Shown in pieces: positions 16,188-24,953 of a DNA stretch of 32,000 nucleotides. A program made the position numbers and the translations under genes. Origin of the DNA: Candidatus Heimdallarchaeota archaeon (GTDB taxonomy: Archaea > Asgardarchaeota > Heimdallarchaeia > JABLTI01); contig JAUWKS010000025.1 in assembly GCA_030614005.1 (NCBI GenBank), positions 1-32,000 of the forward strand. The letters are read 5' to 3'. Under the pieces are notes generated by a model. The model had not been told where the DNA came from. It worked only from the letters and a program-made list of their open reading frames with translations, and made no database searches. Every line of letters starts with the position of its first letter. The first letter of the stretch is position 1.

Positions 16188-16934
16188 TTAACTCATTTTT
16201 TGCAATTCTTCTAATTTTTTATCTTTAAAAGAGTGCCAAATAGCTAAACTTTCTTGACATTCTTTCTCAAAATCCAAAGTAGAAAATTCTTCAGTGACTG
16301 CTTTAATTCTGTCTGTAATCTGTTTATTGAATGAGACAATGGCTCGAGTTATTTTCTCTCTTTGATCTAAAGCTTCTTCTTGGATTCCGTGAGTAAACAT
16401 TTCCTCTATTCTTTGAACAGAATCGCCAATACTTATTTGAGATTCTTCTAAAAAGTCTACTAAGTCTTTCTTTCTTTCTTCAAGCAGTTCTTTTTCTTTA
16501 TTTTCTATTTGAGTTATATCCTCTCCTTTGGAGGACATTTTTGCACGTCTTGCAAGCAGATTTCTTACACGTTCTCGTTCTTCTAAAGCTTCTTGATGTT
16601 CAGGATCGAGTTCCAAAATATCTTCATAGGTGAATAATGCTAAATCGAATTTTTTGAGTATTTTTAGAGCTCGAGCTTTATTGACTAATGTTTGAGACGA
16701 ATCTGGGCTAATGCTTAATGCTTTATTATAACAATTTATGGCTTCTTCCGTCTTGCCTAATTTCCTTAAGGCAACACCCTTATTATTCCAAGCTATAGTA
16801 TTTTTTGGATCAAGCTTTAATGCTTGTGAGAAAAGTTCCAATGCTTTGTTATTCTTGTTCTTACTTAAAGCATCTAAACCATTTTGAATTAATTTTTCAG
16901 CATTATCCATTTCACATTCTTCCATTAAATTCAC
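16188..16934 (-). CDS. TPR-repeat protein with a C-terminal coiled-coil/helical region
   Basis: About 3 TPRs (e.g. AWNNKGVALRKLGKTEEAINCYNKALSISP) followed by an E/K-rich helical tail. Confidence 0.88.
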   Translation of the reverse strand: MNLMEECEMDNAEKLIQNGLDALSKNKNNKALELFSQALKLDPKNTIAWNNKGVALRKLGKTEEAINCYNKALSISPDSSQTLVNKARALKILKKFDLALFTYEDILELDPEHQEALEERERVRNLLARRAKMSSKGEDITQIENKEKELLEERKKDLVDFLEESQISIGDSVQRIEEMFTHGIQEEALDQREKITRAIVSFNKQITDRIKAVTEEFSTLDFEKECQESLAIWHSFKDKKLEELQKMS

Positions 16935-17039
16935 TTTAGAACAACATGTGACAAATTGTTGAAATCCAAAGTATAATTCTATAAAAAAAGTAGTCAGACA
17001 TTTACTTAAAACTTTCTCATTAAAACTGAAAAATAATAC

Positions 17040-17858
17040 TTAGTGATATTTTGCTAAACGAATCCACTCTTTTTCAAGAGAATTTTCGACTAAATCTGAT
17101 ATTTTTTCAAAGGTACTCGTGATTTTTTGAGAACAACCATCTTTCATTTCATCAGTTTTTGCAATCGCTCTACCTGCTATAAAGAAATTTGTTTGACTAA
17201 CTCGTTTGATCATCCAAGCTTCTAAATTTGCATTATCTTCATCTTCTCCTGAATAACCATTTAGAGGAGTTTTTCCTTCTGCAATCCAACTCATTTCTAA
17301 AGGAATTTTGGAAATTACATCCAAAAATTGTTTCATAATTGATGGATTAATAGGGCGTCTCCATACTTGGATAATTCCATTTGTAATGCTAGAAAGAAAC
17401 ATTAAATCAAAACTGATAGGTGAATTTACTATTATTTCTTCAATATCATTTTTGATGTTTTTCAAAATACTTACAGGAAAATATTCGGTTTCTATAAGAG
17501 TGGTAATTTCTTTCGTAATTGAACTGCGAATAGACTCCATAGAGAGATTGGTTTCCATTAATTCGTCATGATAAATGTCAATTATTTCTTTAAGAGTTAG
17601 CCGCGCAAAGGGTTCATTGTCAAATAAATCTTGAAAAACAGCGTATGTCAAGTGGTCTCGAGAGATAAGTGAAAATCGATTATCACCTAAATCAGCTCCT
17701 TTAAATTCAACAGATTGCTCTCCTAAACATTGAGCGAAAGCACTTAATGCTGAAATAAATCCAGTCAATAAATCAGTTTCAAGTAATACCAACCCATCAT
17801 CGAAAAGAATTTGTCCTACAGTTGTTCTTTGGTCTATTACTATTATCTTATGTATCAC
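17040..17858 (-). CDS. Longin-like domain protein (possibly two domains)
   Basis: IHKIIVID...DLLTGFISALSAFAQCLG...LTYAVFQD matches the Asgard longin-like pattern. A second alpha/beta domain follows. Confidence 0.6.
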   Translation of the reverse strand: MIHKIIVIDQRTTVGQILFDDGLVLLETDLLTGFISALSAFAQCLGEQSVEFKGADLGDNRFSLISRDHLTYAVFQDLFDNEPFARLTLKEIIDIYHDELMETNLSMESIRSSITKEITTLIETEYFPVSILKNIKNDIEEIIVNSPISFDLMFLSSITNGIIQVWRRPINPSIMKQFLDVISKIPLEMSWIAEGKTPLNGYSGEDEDNANLEAWMIKRVSQTNFFIAGRAIAKTDEMKDGCSQKITSTFEKISDLVENSLEKEWIRLAKYH

Positions 17859-18025
17859 TGATTATTGCCCATCCTCTTAATCATTCGTTAATAATTATCT
17901 CCGGAATGGATGAATTCTCTTTAAGAAGAAACTAAAGAGTATTGTTGTTGAAGAAATACTTTCTTCATTAAGGTGTCTTAGAAAGAAGGTGCTATTTATA
18001 CTTTCGATTGCGGTAAGGATACCAG

Positions 18026-21000
18026 CTAATTATCATTCACGTTCTGTAAATGCTTTTCGAGTATTTTTTGGTTTTCGATTGAAATTAATTCTTCCTCTGA
18101 ATCAGCTTGCTTAATCCAAAGTCGATATCTTATCTCAAGAAAAGTTGCTATTGAAAGTATAATTCCAATTGGTATCAAAGTTACCAAAAGAATTTCTCTT
18201 AATTTATCTAATCTAATATTATCTCTGGGGTTATTTGGATCTGTTCCACTATTTATTTCTTCACGATCAGTAAATCCATCTGAATCGCTATCTTCGCTTA
18301 GAGGATTTGTACCATAGATAAGAATTTCATCGCTATCACTTAAGGTGTCTTGATCTGTATCAAAAGCTACTGGACTAGTTTTATATGTGTGCACTTCACG
18401 ACCATCGACTAATCCATCTGAATCCGTATCCACATTGTTTGGATCAGAAAGGTAAAGATATTCATCCAAATTCGATAAAAAGTCTGAATCTTTATCGATG
18501 AAGCTATCATCCACTAAAGGATTTAAACCATTGAGTATCTCCCACAAATCGGGCATTAAATCAGAGTCGGTATCATTTGAATTTGGATTTGTATGGTAAA
18601 TGTATGTTTCATCATAATCATAAATACCATCGAAATCTGTATCGATATAATTTGGATTGGTCAACCAAACTAATACTTCTTCCCCATCAGAAAGTAAATC
18701 ACGGTCTGAGTCAATATCCAGAGGATTTGAGAAATAAATATTCATTTCATCACCATCTGACAACCCATCCCAATCGGTATCACTCAAAAAAGGATTAGTA
18801 AAACTTGTTTTCATTTCATACCCATCTGATAATCCATCCAAATCACTATCAATAGTTGTAGGATTTGTTCTGTAGATTAATTCATCATAATCACCAAAAC
18901 TGTCGGTGTCTGTATCATTTTGCTTCATTAACCAATTTAACTGAGGTTGTAAACCTCTTTTGTCTGCAACAATAATCTGTAATTGTTTCGTGTAAGGATC
19001 AAATTGTGCTAATGGTTTAGAATCATATAGCGGATTTAGAAATAGTAATTCTTTTTTACCCCAATCCTCTTCAGCTGTTCTTTGTAATAATTGAACATAA
19101 TCCTTAATATAGCTTGGATTTCCATCTTGCGAGAAATAATTTGAATGATATATAAGGCAAAGAGTATCATCAGGTAAGATAAAGAAATTGTGATAATCAA
19201 TTATTTCATATGTGAGAATAGGTTCCTTTTGAACCCAATTTGCACTTGGTGAACTTTTCTCCCAAGTTCTGATATCTGTTGCCCATTTTTGCGGGGAAAT
19301 ATAATATCTTCTCAAATAAGCTAAAGATATTTTTTTACTAGAATCAATTACCATCATTGGTTGCAATAAAACATCATTATTTGTTGCGTCTATGGTTTCT
19401 ATTTCTGACCACATACCTTCACTTGGAAGATATCTGTACTGAATTTTGAATACTCCAGGGTTTTCATTAGCGTTTAAATCATAATATGTTAAATGTATTT
19501 TACTTGTAGAATCAATAATCAAGTCAAAATCTACACTATAGTGAAAGTCATCATTTTCCTGTATGTTAATCGATGTGAAATTTGCATCTGTTGTCTTCTT
19601 TGTTGTATACACAATTCTACTTGAAAATAGAGTTATTCTTTCGACCCATACTATGTGAATTGTATCTGTTGAATCAATAATCACTTTTGGTTGAATTTGA
19701 TTGGCATTACCTTCAGGTATTTTGATTAGTTCTGGAAAGCTCCAATTACTTTGTCCGTTCAATAGATATCGACAGAATATTCCATCATCTTTTGTATTAT
19801 TATCCTTTGCAACAAAGAAACAAAAGAGATTTTCATTTGAATCCCTAACTAAACTTGGGCTGGTTGCTGTTTTCCACCAATTTGCACTTAAACTATCTTT
19901 GAAAATCCACTGCTTCTCGAATTCCTTTGTCATATAATATATTTGGTGTGTATCTACTCCACTATGTGTCCAAACAAGATGAGCAGTTCCTTCTGAATCG
20001 ATTATAAATGAAGGTTTACTACTAAATTTCATTGTATGATAGACATTTGTTGTAGATGTCCAATTACCATCTAGTAGGAACTTTCGAGAAATTAATTCAT
20101 TTTTGCCGAGATAGTTTAGTAGACCAAAATCATTTTCAGAAAAGCTATTTCGAATAAAAATAGGATTAACTGAATACAAATCATCAGTAATTTTAATAGA
20201 ATCTCCCCAAGAATTGGTAACATTGTTCCTTTCACGGAAAAATAAATCAGATCTGGTATTTAGTTTTTCTTCATAGATAATGAATAGATTTCCGTTAGTT
20301 TTATTTTCAACCATACCACCAAAATAGCCATCTTTTTCATTTTCAGTAATTAGAATTGGAGTATCACTTATTGTTTTGTTTGAGAAATATTCGAGAAAAT
20401 ATAAATTGTATGGTTTTTTCTCTGCTATTCCTATTATGAATGAGTTGTTAGTAATTTGACTTGAACTTATGACTACTCTCTGTAATTTTGCTCCGAAGTT
20501 GAGAGATAGCTTCTCTACCCAAGTTTCCCCAGTGTTGTTCGAAGTTACAAGAAAGAGATTTGAATGATCTAATTCTACTGATGATTCATTTGTCCAAATC
20601 AATTGTAAGGATTCATCTGATTTTACAGTGATGCTTACTTGTTTTGGGTGTGAGGAACTAAATAACTCTTGAATCATAGGTCCCTTACTAGTAGCTGAAC
20701 CAGTAAAGGAAAAATAGTGAATTGTACTACTACTATTATAATTTTCATCAAAACTTTTCTCAGTTGCAATCCAAAAATAATGAATTGTTTTATTGTTTGT
20801 AATAGCTGATTCCAAGTTTGTTAATTTCAGTTTACTATCAAAATAAAGAATTTGTTCAGTACTCCAAGTATTATTGTTCTCTTCTTTATTGAGGTAATAC
20901 AAACGATACAGTTCTTGTTTCACAGCAATGAACGACAAATGAAGAGTATTGTTTTCGTCAATAATAATATTTAACTTTGATATTTTTGCTTGTGTTTGAA

Positions 21001-21376
21001 GAATATGAGTTTCATTATTCCATTCTATGCTTGAATTATCTTTCGTCGATGAATAACTTAGTGCCATTACATTCGGTGAAAATTCTCTAACCCAAACACA
21101 ATGATAGATGCCTGAATAATCTTGAGTGAGAACAAAACCTTCACGCTCAATGTCTGGAGAAGTTATTCGAATTGGAGTTCCCCAAGTATTATTTTCTAAT
21201 ATTTCATTAATTTCAAATTTAAGTTCCGGAGAGAGTGCATTATAACCCATTTGATTTTCAGGGTTTGAATTGATTTCGTTTTCTTGAATTGAATAAAGCC
21301 CAAGAAAAGAATTAGCAAGTACAAATACAAGTAAGGGGAACACTACAAGTTTTAGTTGTTTTGCCAATCTATGCAT
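18026..21376 (-). CDS. Large surface protein: signal peptide, beta-propeller-like (BNR/exo-alpha-sialidase-like) repeats, TSP3-like Ca-binding repeats, C-terminal TM
   Basis: Recurrent P.l.iDs.g..HlvW motifs (IDENNTLHLSF, IDSEGTAHLVW, IDSTDTIHIVW, IDSTSKIHLTY), ten D-x-D-x-D repeats, and a TM segment ILLVTLIPIGIILSIATFL. Confidence 0.8.
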   Translation of the reverse strand: MHRLAKQLKLVVFPLLVFVLANSFLGLYSIQENEINSNPENQMGYNALSPELKFEINEILENNTWGTPIRITSPDIEREGFVLTQDYSGIYHCVWVREFSPNVMALSYSSTKDNSSIEWNNETHILQTQAKISKLNIIIDENNTLHLSFIAVKQELYRLYYLNKEENNNTWSTEQILYFDSKLKLTNLESAITNNKTIHYFWIATEKSFDENYNSSSTIHYFSFTGSATSKGPMIQELFSSSHPKQVSITVKSDESLQLIWTNESSVELDHSNLFLVTSNNTGETWVEKLSLNFGAKLQRVVISSSQITNNSFIIGIAEKKPYNLYFLEYFSNKTISDTPILITENEKDGYFGGMVENKTNGNLFIIYEEKLNTRSDLFFRERNNVTNSWGDSIKITDDLYSVNPIFIRNSFSENDFGLLNYLGKNELISRKFLLDGNWTSTTNVYHTMKFSSKPSFIIDSEGTAHLVWTHSGVDTHQIYYMTKEFEKQWIFKDSLSANWWKTATSPSLVRDSNENLFCFFVAKDNNTKDDGIFCRYLLNGQSNWSFPELIKIPEGNANQIQPKVIIDSTDTIHIVWVERITLFSSRIVYTTKKTTDANFTSINIQENDDFHYSVDFDLIIDSTSKIHLTYYDLNANENPGVFKIQYRYLPSEGMWSEIETIDATNNDVLLQPMMVIDSSKKISLAYLRRYYISPQKWATDIRTWEKSSPSANWVQKEPILTYEIIDYHNFFILPDDTLCLIYHSNYFSQDGNPSYIKDYVQLLQRTAEEDWGKKELLFLNPLYDSKPLAQFDPYTKQLQIIVADKRGLQPQLNWLMKQNDTDTDSFGDYDELIYRTNPTTIDSDLDGLSDGYEMKTSFTNPFLSDTDWDGLSDGDEMNIYFSNPLDIDSDRDLLSDGEEVLVWLTNPNYIDTDFDGIYDYDETYIYHTNPNSNDTDSDLMPDLWEILNGLNPLVDDSFIDKDSDFLSNLDEYLYLSDPNNVDTDSDGLVDGREVHTYKTSPVAFDTDQDTLSDSDEILIYGTNPLSEDSDSDGFTDREEINSGTDPNNPRDNIRLDKLREILLVTLIPIGIILSIATFLEIRYRLWIKQADSEEELISIENQKILEKHLQNVNDN
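18225..18916 (-). repeat. Ten tandem D-[TSK]-D-x-D-[GL]-x-x-D-x-x-E repeats, each with an N-P motif (bacterial/archaeal TSP3-like)
   Basis: DTDTDSFGDYDE, DSDLDGLSDGYE, DTDWDGLSDGDE, DSDRDLLSDGEE, DTDFDGIYDYDE, DTDSDLMPDLWE, DKDSDFLSNLDE, DTDSDGLVDGRE, DTDQDTLSDSDE, DSDSDGFTDREE. Confidence 0.9.
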
Positions 21377-21463
21377 TTACTTTCAATCATTACTTTCTCA
21401 ATTCTCAATTATAATAATTTGTACTAATCTATCTATAATCAATAGTAGGCAAAAAATGTGGTA

Positions 21464-22633
21464 TTACTCTGCTTCAGCATTATCCTTTGGTATCTCATCA
21501 AAGTATACTTTCTCGTAAGTATCATCGACAATGCGTATTCTATTCATTCTTCCCCACCGTTCTCGAGAGATAATACCTTTTTGATCTAATTCATTTATGT
21601 AATATGATACTTTGGCTTTGGAAAAACCCGCAAGCGAACAAATTTTTCTCTGAGTTGTTGTTCCCCCTTCATCTTTGATTATTTTTAAAATGTCTTTCTC
21701 AGGTTGAGAAAGCAAGGTTTCTACTATTACTTTACGTTCTTTATCTGAGCGTGTTTTATAGATTAAGGAAACTGTTGTACTACCAATAATACCTCCTACG
21801 AAAAACAACACAACCATTAATACCCAAATATATCCTGGAATTTTTAAAGTTGGAATTTCAGGGGTGTTAAAAGTTTGAAATCTAACGATCCACGAAAGAA
21901 CTTCATCTTCTAGAACATTATAAAAGCTCCATTCAAATCGTCGTTCATCAACAGAAATATAATCTGCTTCCGGTTCTAGAGGCGCCGCATGAGTACTATT
22001 ACCAAGAGAATAATCGTTTGGCAAAGTAACTGTTACTGCAAATTGGTCAACATATTCATCATTAACAATTGACCATTGCAAAATATAGTTATTTTCAATT
22101 TCTTGACTTGTTAAAATAGCGTTTTCTAATAGAAAGGAGATTGAGAATGTGTAATATTCATTATATTCAAGTGGATTGCTCAGAGTAATATTTAGTAAAT
22201 GGTAATTTGCTATTGTTGTCCATTCATAGTATAGTGCTCCCTCAGCATCATAAACAAGGAATGACGAAATTCTACTTTCTATTAAAATTGTCTCAATGTC
22301 AGCAATATAAACGATATTTCCAATGGACATGTTAACACTATTTTGATAGGTTATCTTGGCAGTAATAAAGACATCTCTAGCATTAGGTTCAATATCAATA
22401 GTTAATTGGTAAATTAATCTATTTAGATTTTCATTTAAATTCGGCAGTAATTTAAATGGGAATGCAGGTTCTAAAGATTGACGATGGGAACCTAAAGGTA
22501 CATTACTAATAGCACTGCTTTTTGAATTGATTAATTGTGTATTGATTAGAAGAGCAGTAACTATAATAATCGTTAGAGCAACAAACTTAGAACAATTCGC
22601 TCCGGATGAGAAAATGCTTTTTTTGTCCATCAT
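21464..22633 (-). CDS. Membrane-tethered transcriptional regulator (extracellular domain, TM, C-terminal winged HTH; COG2512-like)
   Basis: Signal-like N-terminus, beta-rich ectodomain, TM (YIWVLMVVLFFVGGIIG), then LSQPEKDILKIIKDEGGTTTQRKICSLAGFSKAKVSYYINELDQKGIISRERWGRMNRI. ATG 22633 overlaps the upstream TAA and has an AGGAGA RBS. Confidence 0.85.
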   Translation of the reverse strand: MMDKKSIFSSGANCSKFVALTIIIVTALLINTQLINSKSSAISNVPLGSHRQSLEPAFPFKLLPNLNENLNRLIYQLTIDIEPNARDVFITAKITYQNSVNMSIGNIVYIADIETILIESRISSFLVYDAEGALYYEWTTIANYHLLNITLSNPLEYNEYYTFSISFLLENAILTSQEIENNYILQWSIVNDEYVDQFAVTVTLPNDYSLGNSTHAAPLEPEADYISVDERRFEWSFYNVLEDEVLSWIVRFQTFNTPEIPTLKIPGYIWVLMVVLFFVGGIIGSTTVSLIYKTRSDKERKVIVETLLSQPEKDILKIIKDEGGTTTQRKICSLAGFSKAKVSYYINELDQKGIISRERWGRMNRIRIVDDTYEKVYFDEIPKDNAEAE

Positions 22634-23577
22634 TATTTCTCCTTTCTCCTTTTTTTGAAAATAATTAGTGTACAAATTGCTGAAAGAGTAATTAGAGATA
22701 AACTAACCCAGTCAAAACCACCTTGTTCCGTTGTGATCTCACAGAAAACTAGGAAGCTAAAAATGATTTGAGAAATATCATATCTATAAGGCACCGAAAC
22801 CCAAAAATCTGCAGGTTTACTTTCTTGTGCAACGATATTATAATTTGCAAAAAACATTGATTCATAAAATTCTTCCACACCACTATGTGTCTTTATAATC
22901 ACCTGTGGTTTGAATTTGATATTAAATACATAATCTCCACTGATTATTTTGACAAAATAATAACCACTATCGAAATCCATGTACGGTCCTAAACGAACAT
23001 AATCTTCTGAGTCTAAAAGAAGCGTTTGGATATTTATTGCTATACCTCGTGAACCAGCTGAAAAATCCCAATTCGTTATATTGAGTTCTATAAAAGATTG
23101 ACTCAGATCTTCTATATCATATGAATTTACGGAAGAATTTTGGTTGAATATTGTTAATGATAAATCTAAAGAGGCATTTCTATCGAGATTTACTTTGGAA
23201 AAATTAACACTCGATTTATATGCATCAGAAGTTCCAATCAAATCCCAATCAATATGCTCTAAAGAATAACCTTTTCCGTAAAGATTGTTTAAAGAATTCA
23301 TAAAAACACTTGAGCTCTCATATTCTGAAATATAGTTGAATTTAAGTTTTATTTGACCAAATGATTCAAAATCGAAAAAAGCTGATGGTCCATGATCTTT
23401 TGGGATTGCTAATTCGTACAAATTACCTGCAAAGATTGTAAATTTATCATCCTCTTCAATTAAATTTGCTTGTCCTAAAACCTTGTCAACTAAAGAATAC
23501 GTTTGAGAAAAAGCAAATATACTAGCAATAAAGATAACAATCAAAGATTTTCTTATTATAGGTTTCATAATTCTCAT
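22633..23577 (-). CDS. Secreted/surface protein with a C-terminal TM plus basic tail
   Basis: Signal peptide MKPIIRKSLIVIFIASIFAFSQ; ends GGFDWVSLSLITLSAICTLIIFKKRRKEK. Start at ATG 23577 or 23568 rather than 23646. Confidence 0.7.
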   Translation of the reverse strand: MRIMKPIIRKSLIVIFIASIFAFSQTYSLVDKVLGQANLIEEDDKFTIFAGNLYELAIPKDHGPSAFFDFESFGQIKLKFNYISEYESSSVFMNSLNNLYGKGYSLEHIDWDLIGTSDAYKSSVNFSKVNLDRNASLDLSLTIFNQNSSVNSYDIEDLSQSFIELNITNWDFSAGSRGIAINIQTLLLDSEDYVRLGPYMDFDSGYYFVKIISGDYVFNIKFKPQVIIKTHSGVEEFYESMFFANYNIVAQESKPADFWVSVPYRYDISQIIFSFLVFCEITTEQGGFDWVSLSLITLSAICTLIIFKKRRKEK

Positions 23578-23655
23578 CCATCGAGCACAAAATTCATACA
23601 AATACTTAATCAATGAAATATAGATGTTTTTTGAATTAAAAATCATTCGCTAATT

Positions 23656-23725
23656 GTTCAGAATTCATCTGAACTGTTCGCGAACTGTTGATGGGAACTA
23701 TTTAACTTAAGTTTGGATATATATA
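23656..23725. promoter_or_regulatory. Operator/promoter module copy A
   Basis: GTTCAG-N7-CTGAAC (23656-23674), GAACTGTT at 23671 and 23682, ACTATTTAA (23697), ATATATATA (about 23717-23725). Confidence 0.6.
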
Positions 23726-23904
23726 ATAATAAGTTTTAGAGAAGTTTTGCCTTCTTGATCTATCAAAACTCTGATTAAAACTAAAGCTAATATGGTGGAT
23801 TATTCAGGAGGTTTGGGGAAACCTCCTCACCATCCCCATTTCAATTGTTTTTTCAATTCTTTGAATTGATCAAATAATTTTTTTATATAAAAATAGAAAC
23901 AATC

Positions 23905-23976
23905 GTTCAGATAATGCTGAACAGTTTGCTGAACTGTTATTACAGACTATTTAATTGTTTTAGTGTATATATATAT
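23905..23976. promoter_or_regulatory. Operator/promoter module copy B (249 bp from copy A)
   Basis: GTTCAG-N6-CTGAAC (23905-23922), GAACAGTT (23919), GAACTGTT (23931), ACTATTTAA (23946), TATATATATA (about 23966-23975). Confidence 0.6.
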
Positions 23977-24131
23977 TTAGCAATTAGGAACCCTTAAGAT
24001 GTGATTTGGCCGATAAAAATCATTTAAGGAATCCAAAAATTTGGGAAGGAAACTATCCCTCTTGATTAGTAAAAAGAGTTGCTGGGGAAATACAGCCCAT
24101 TTCCCTTGCAATATTTTACCCTTTTGAAAAA

Positions 24132-24953
24132 TTAATTTTGCTCAGTTTCTTCTGAAATATTATCTTCTTTAGTAGTATCTGATATTTCCTCAGGAGGAGA
24201 TTCTAACCCTCTTTCTATTCTACTCACCTTCAATTCAGCAATCATAGCTTCATCAGTTTCTCTAGGAACATCAGGGTCCCCATAAAGACGATAGAGAGTT
24301 CTTGTTCTACTTATAGTATAAGCAGCTGCTAATTGAAATCCTATTCCTAGGAGCGGAAAGAGAAAGAAATAGATATTAATTTCAAATAGTCTCTCTGGGA
24401 AGGCTAGTGTTTCAATTAATGTATAAATGATCATAAAAGGTATGATAGATGCTACAGCATTGACAGAACTAATGCCTATTGCTTCTTTTTTATCTTGAAC
24501 AAAGTAAGCAATAAATACTCCCAACATTGGAGGGAGTAAAAGCAAACCTAATACATGCATGCCATCACCTACAGTATTGTAAAATGCATAAGCAAAAGTA
24601 AAGAATCCACCGATTTCAATAAGAGTTATTACAATTGCTAGAATAGTAAATCTTTTTTTGTTAGGGATAAATTTTAATTCATCCCACGATTTTACAGGGC
24701 TTTTGATTTCAGATTTCTCATCTAATGATTCATTTATTTCTAAATCATTTGTTTCAATGAAATCATTGTTTTGTGTTTCAGAAGACTCAGTCAATCTATC
24801 TATCCACCTAAGATTTCTAATTGATGATTTAATCTCTGGTTTAAAGTTTTTAGTATTATATTGAATCATTTGCACAGAAAAAGAACTGACTTGCATTAAA
24901 TTTAAAGCATATGGAGATTTTTCTCTATATGTGTTGTGAGATACTTGACTCAA
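24132..24953 (-). CDS. Integral membrane protein (about 4 TM) with acidic flanks; true start probably downstream (ATG 24896 or 24869)
   Basis: Four hydrophobic helices between KRFTIL and RTRTLY; no recognisable family. Confidence 0.6.
   Translation of the reverse strand: MSQVSHNTYREKSPYALNLMQVSSFSVQMIQYNTKNFKPEIKSSIRNLRWIDRLTESSETQNNDFIETNDLEINESLDEKSEIKSPVKSWDELKFIPNKKRFTILAIVITLIEIGGFFTFAYAFYNTVGDGMHVLGLLLLPPMLGVFIAYFVQDKKEAIGISSVNAVASIIPFMIIYTLIETLAFPERLFEINIYFFLFPLLGIGFQLAAAYTISRTRTLYRLYGDPDVPRETDEAMIAELKVSRIERGLESPPEEISDTTKEDNISEETEQN

Noticed and set aside
22633-22675. 43-bp overlap between ORFs 21464-22675 and 22633-23646
   Set aside because: The RBS-supported ATG at 22633 reduces it to a 1-nt TAATG coupling.
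23656-23940. GAAC/GTTC repeats as a mini-CRISPR array, LexA (Cheo) box or heat-shock element
   Set aside because: There are no identical 25-40-nt repeats with regular spacers and no cas genes. The spacing is GAAC-N1-GTTC, not GAAC-N4-GTTC or nGAAnnTTCn.
24936-24953. Apparent head-to-head overlap of the membrane-protein and HAD genes
   Set aside because: Artefact of longest-ORF start choice. Downstream ATGs (24896, 24869) leave a normal short divergent promoter with TTTAAA.
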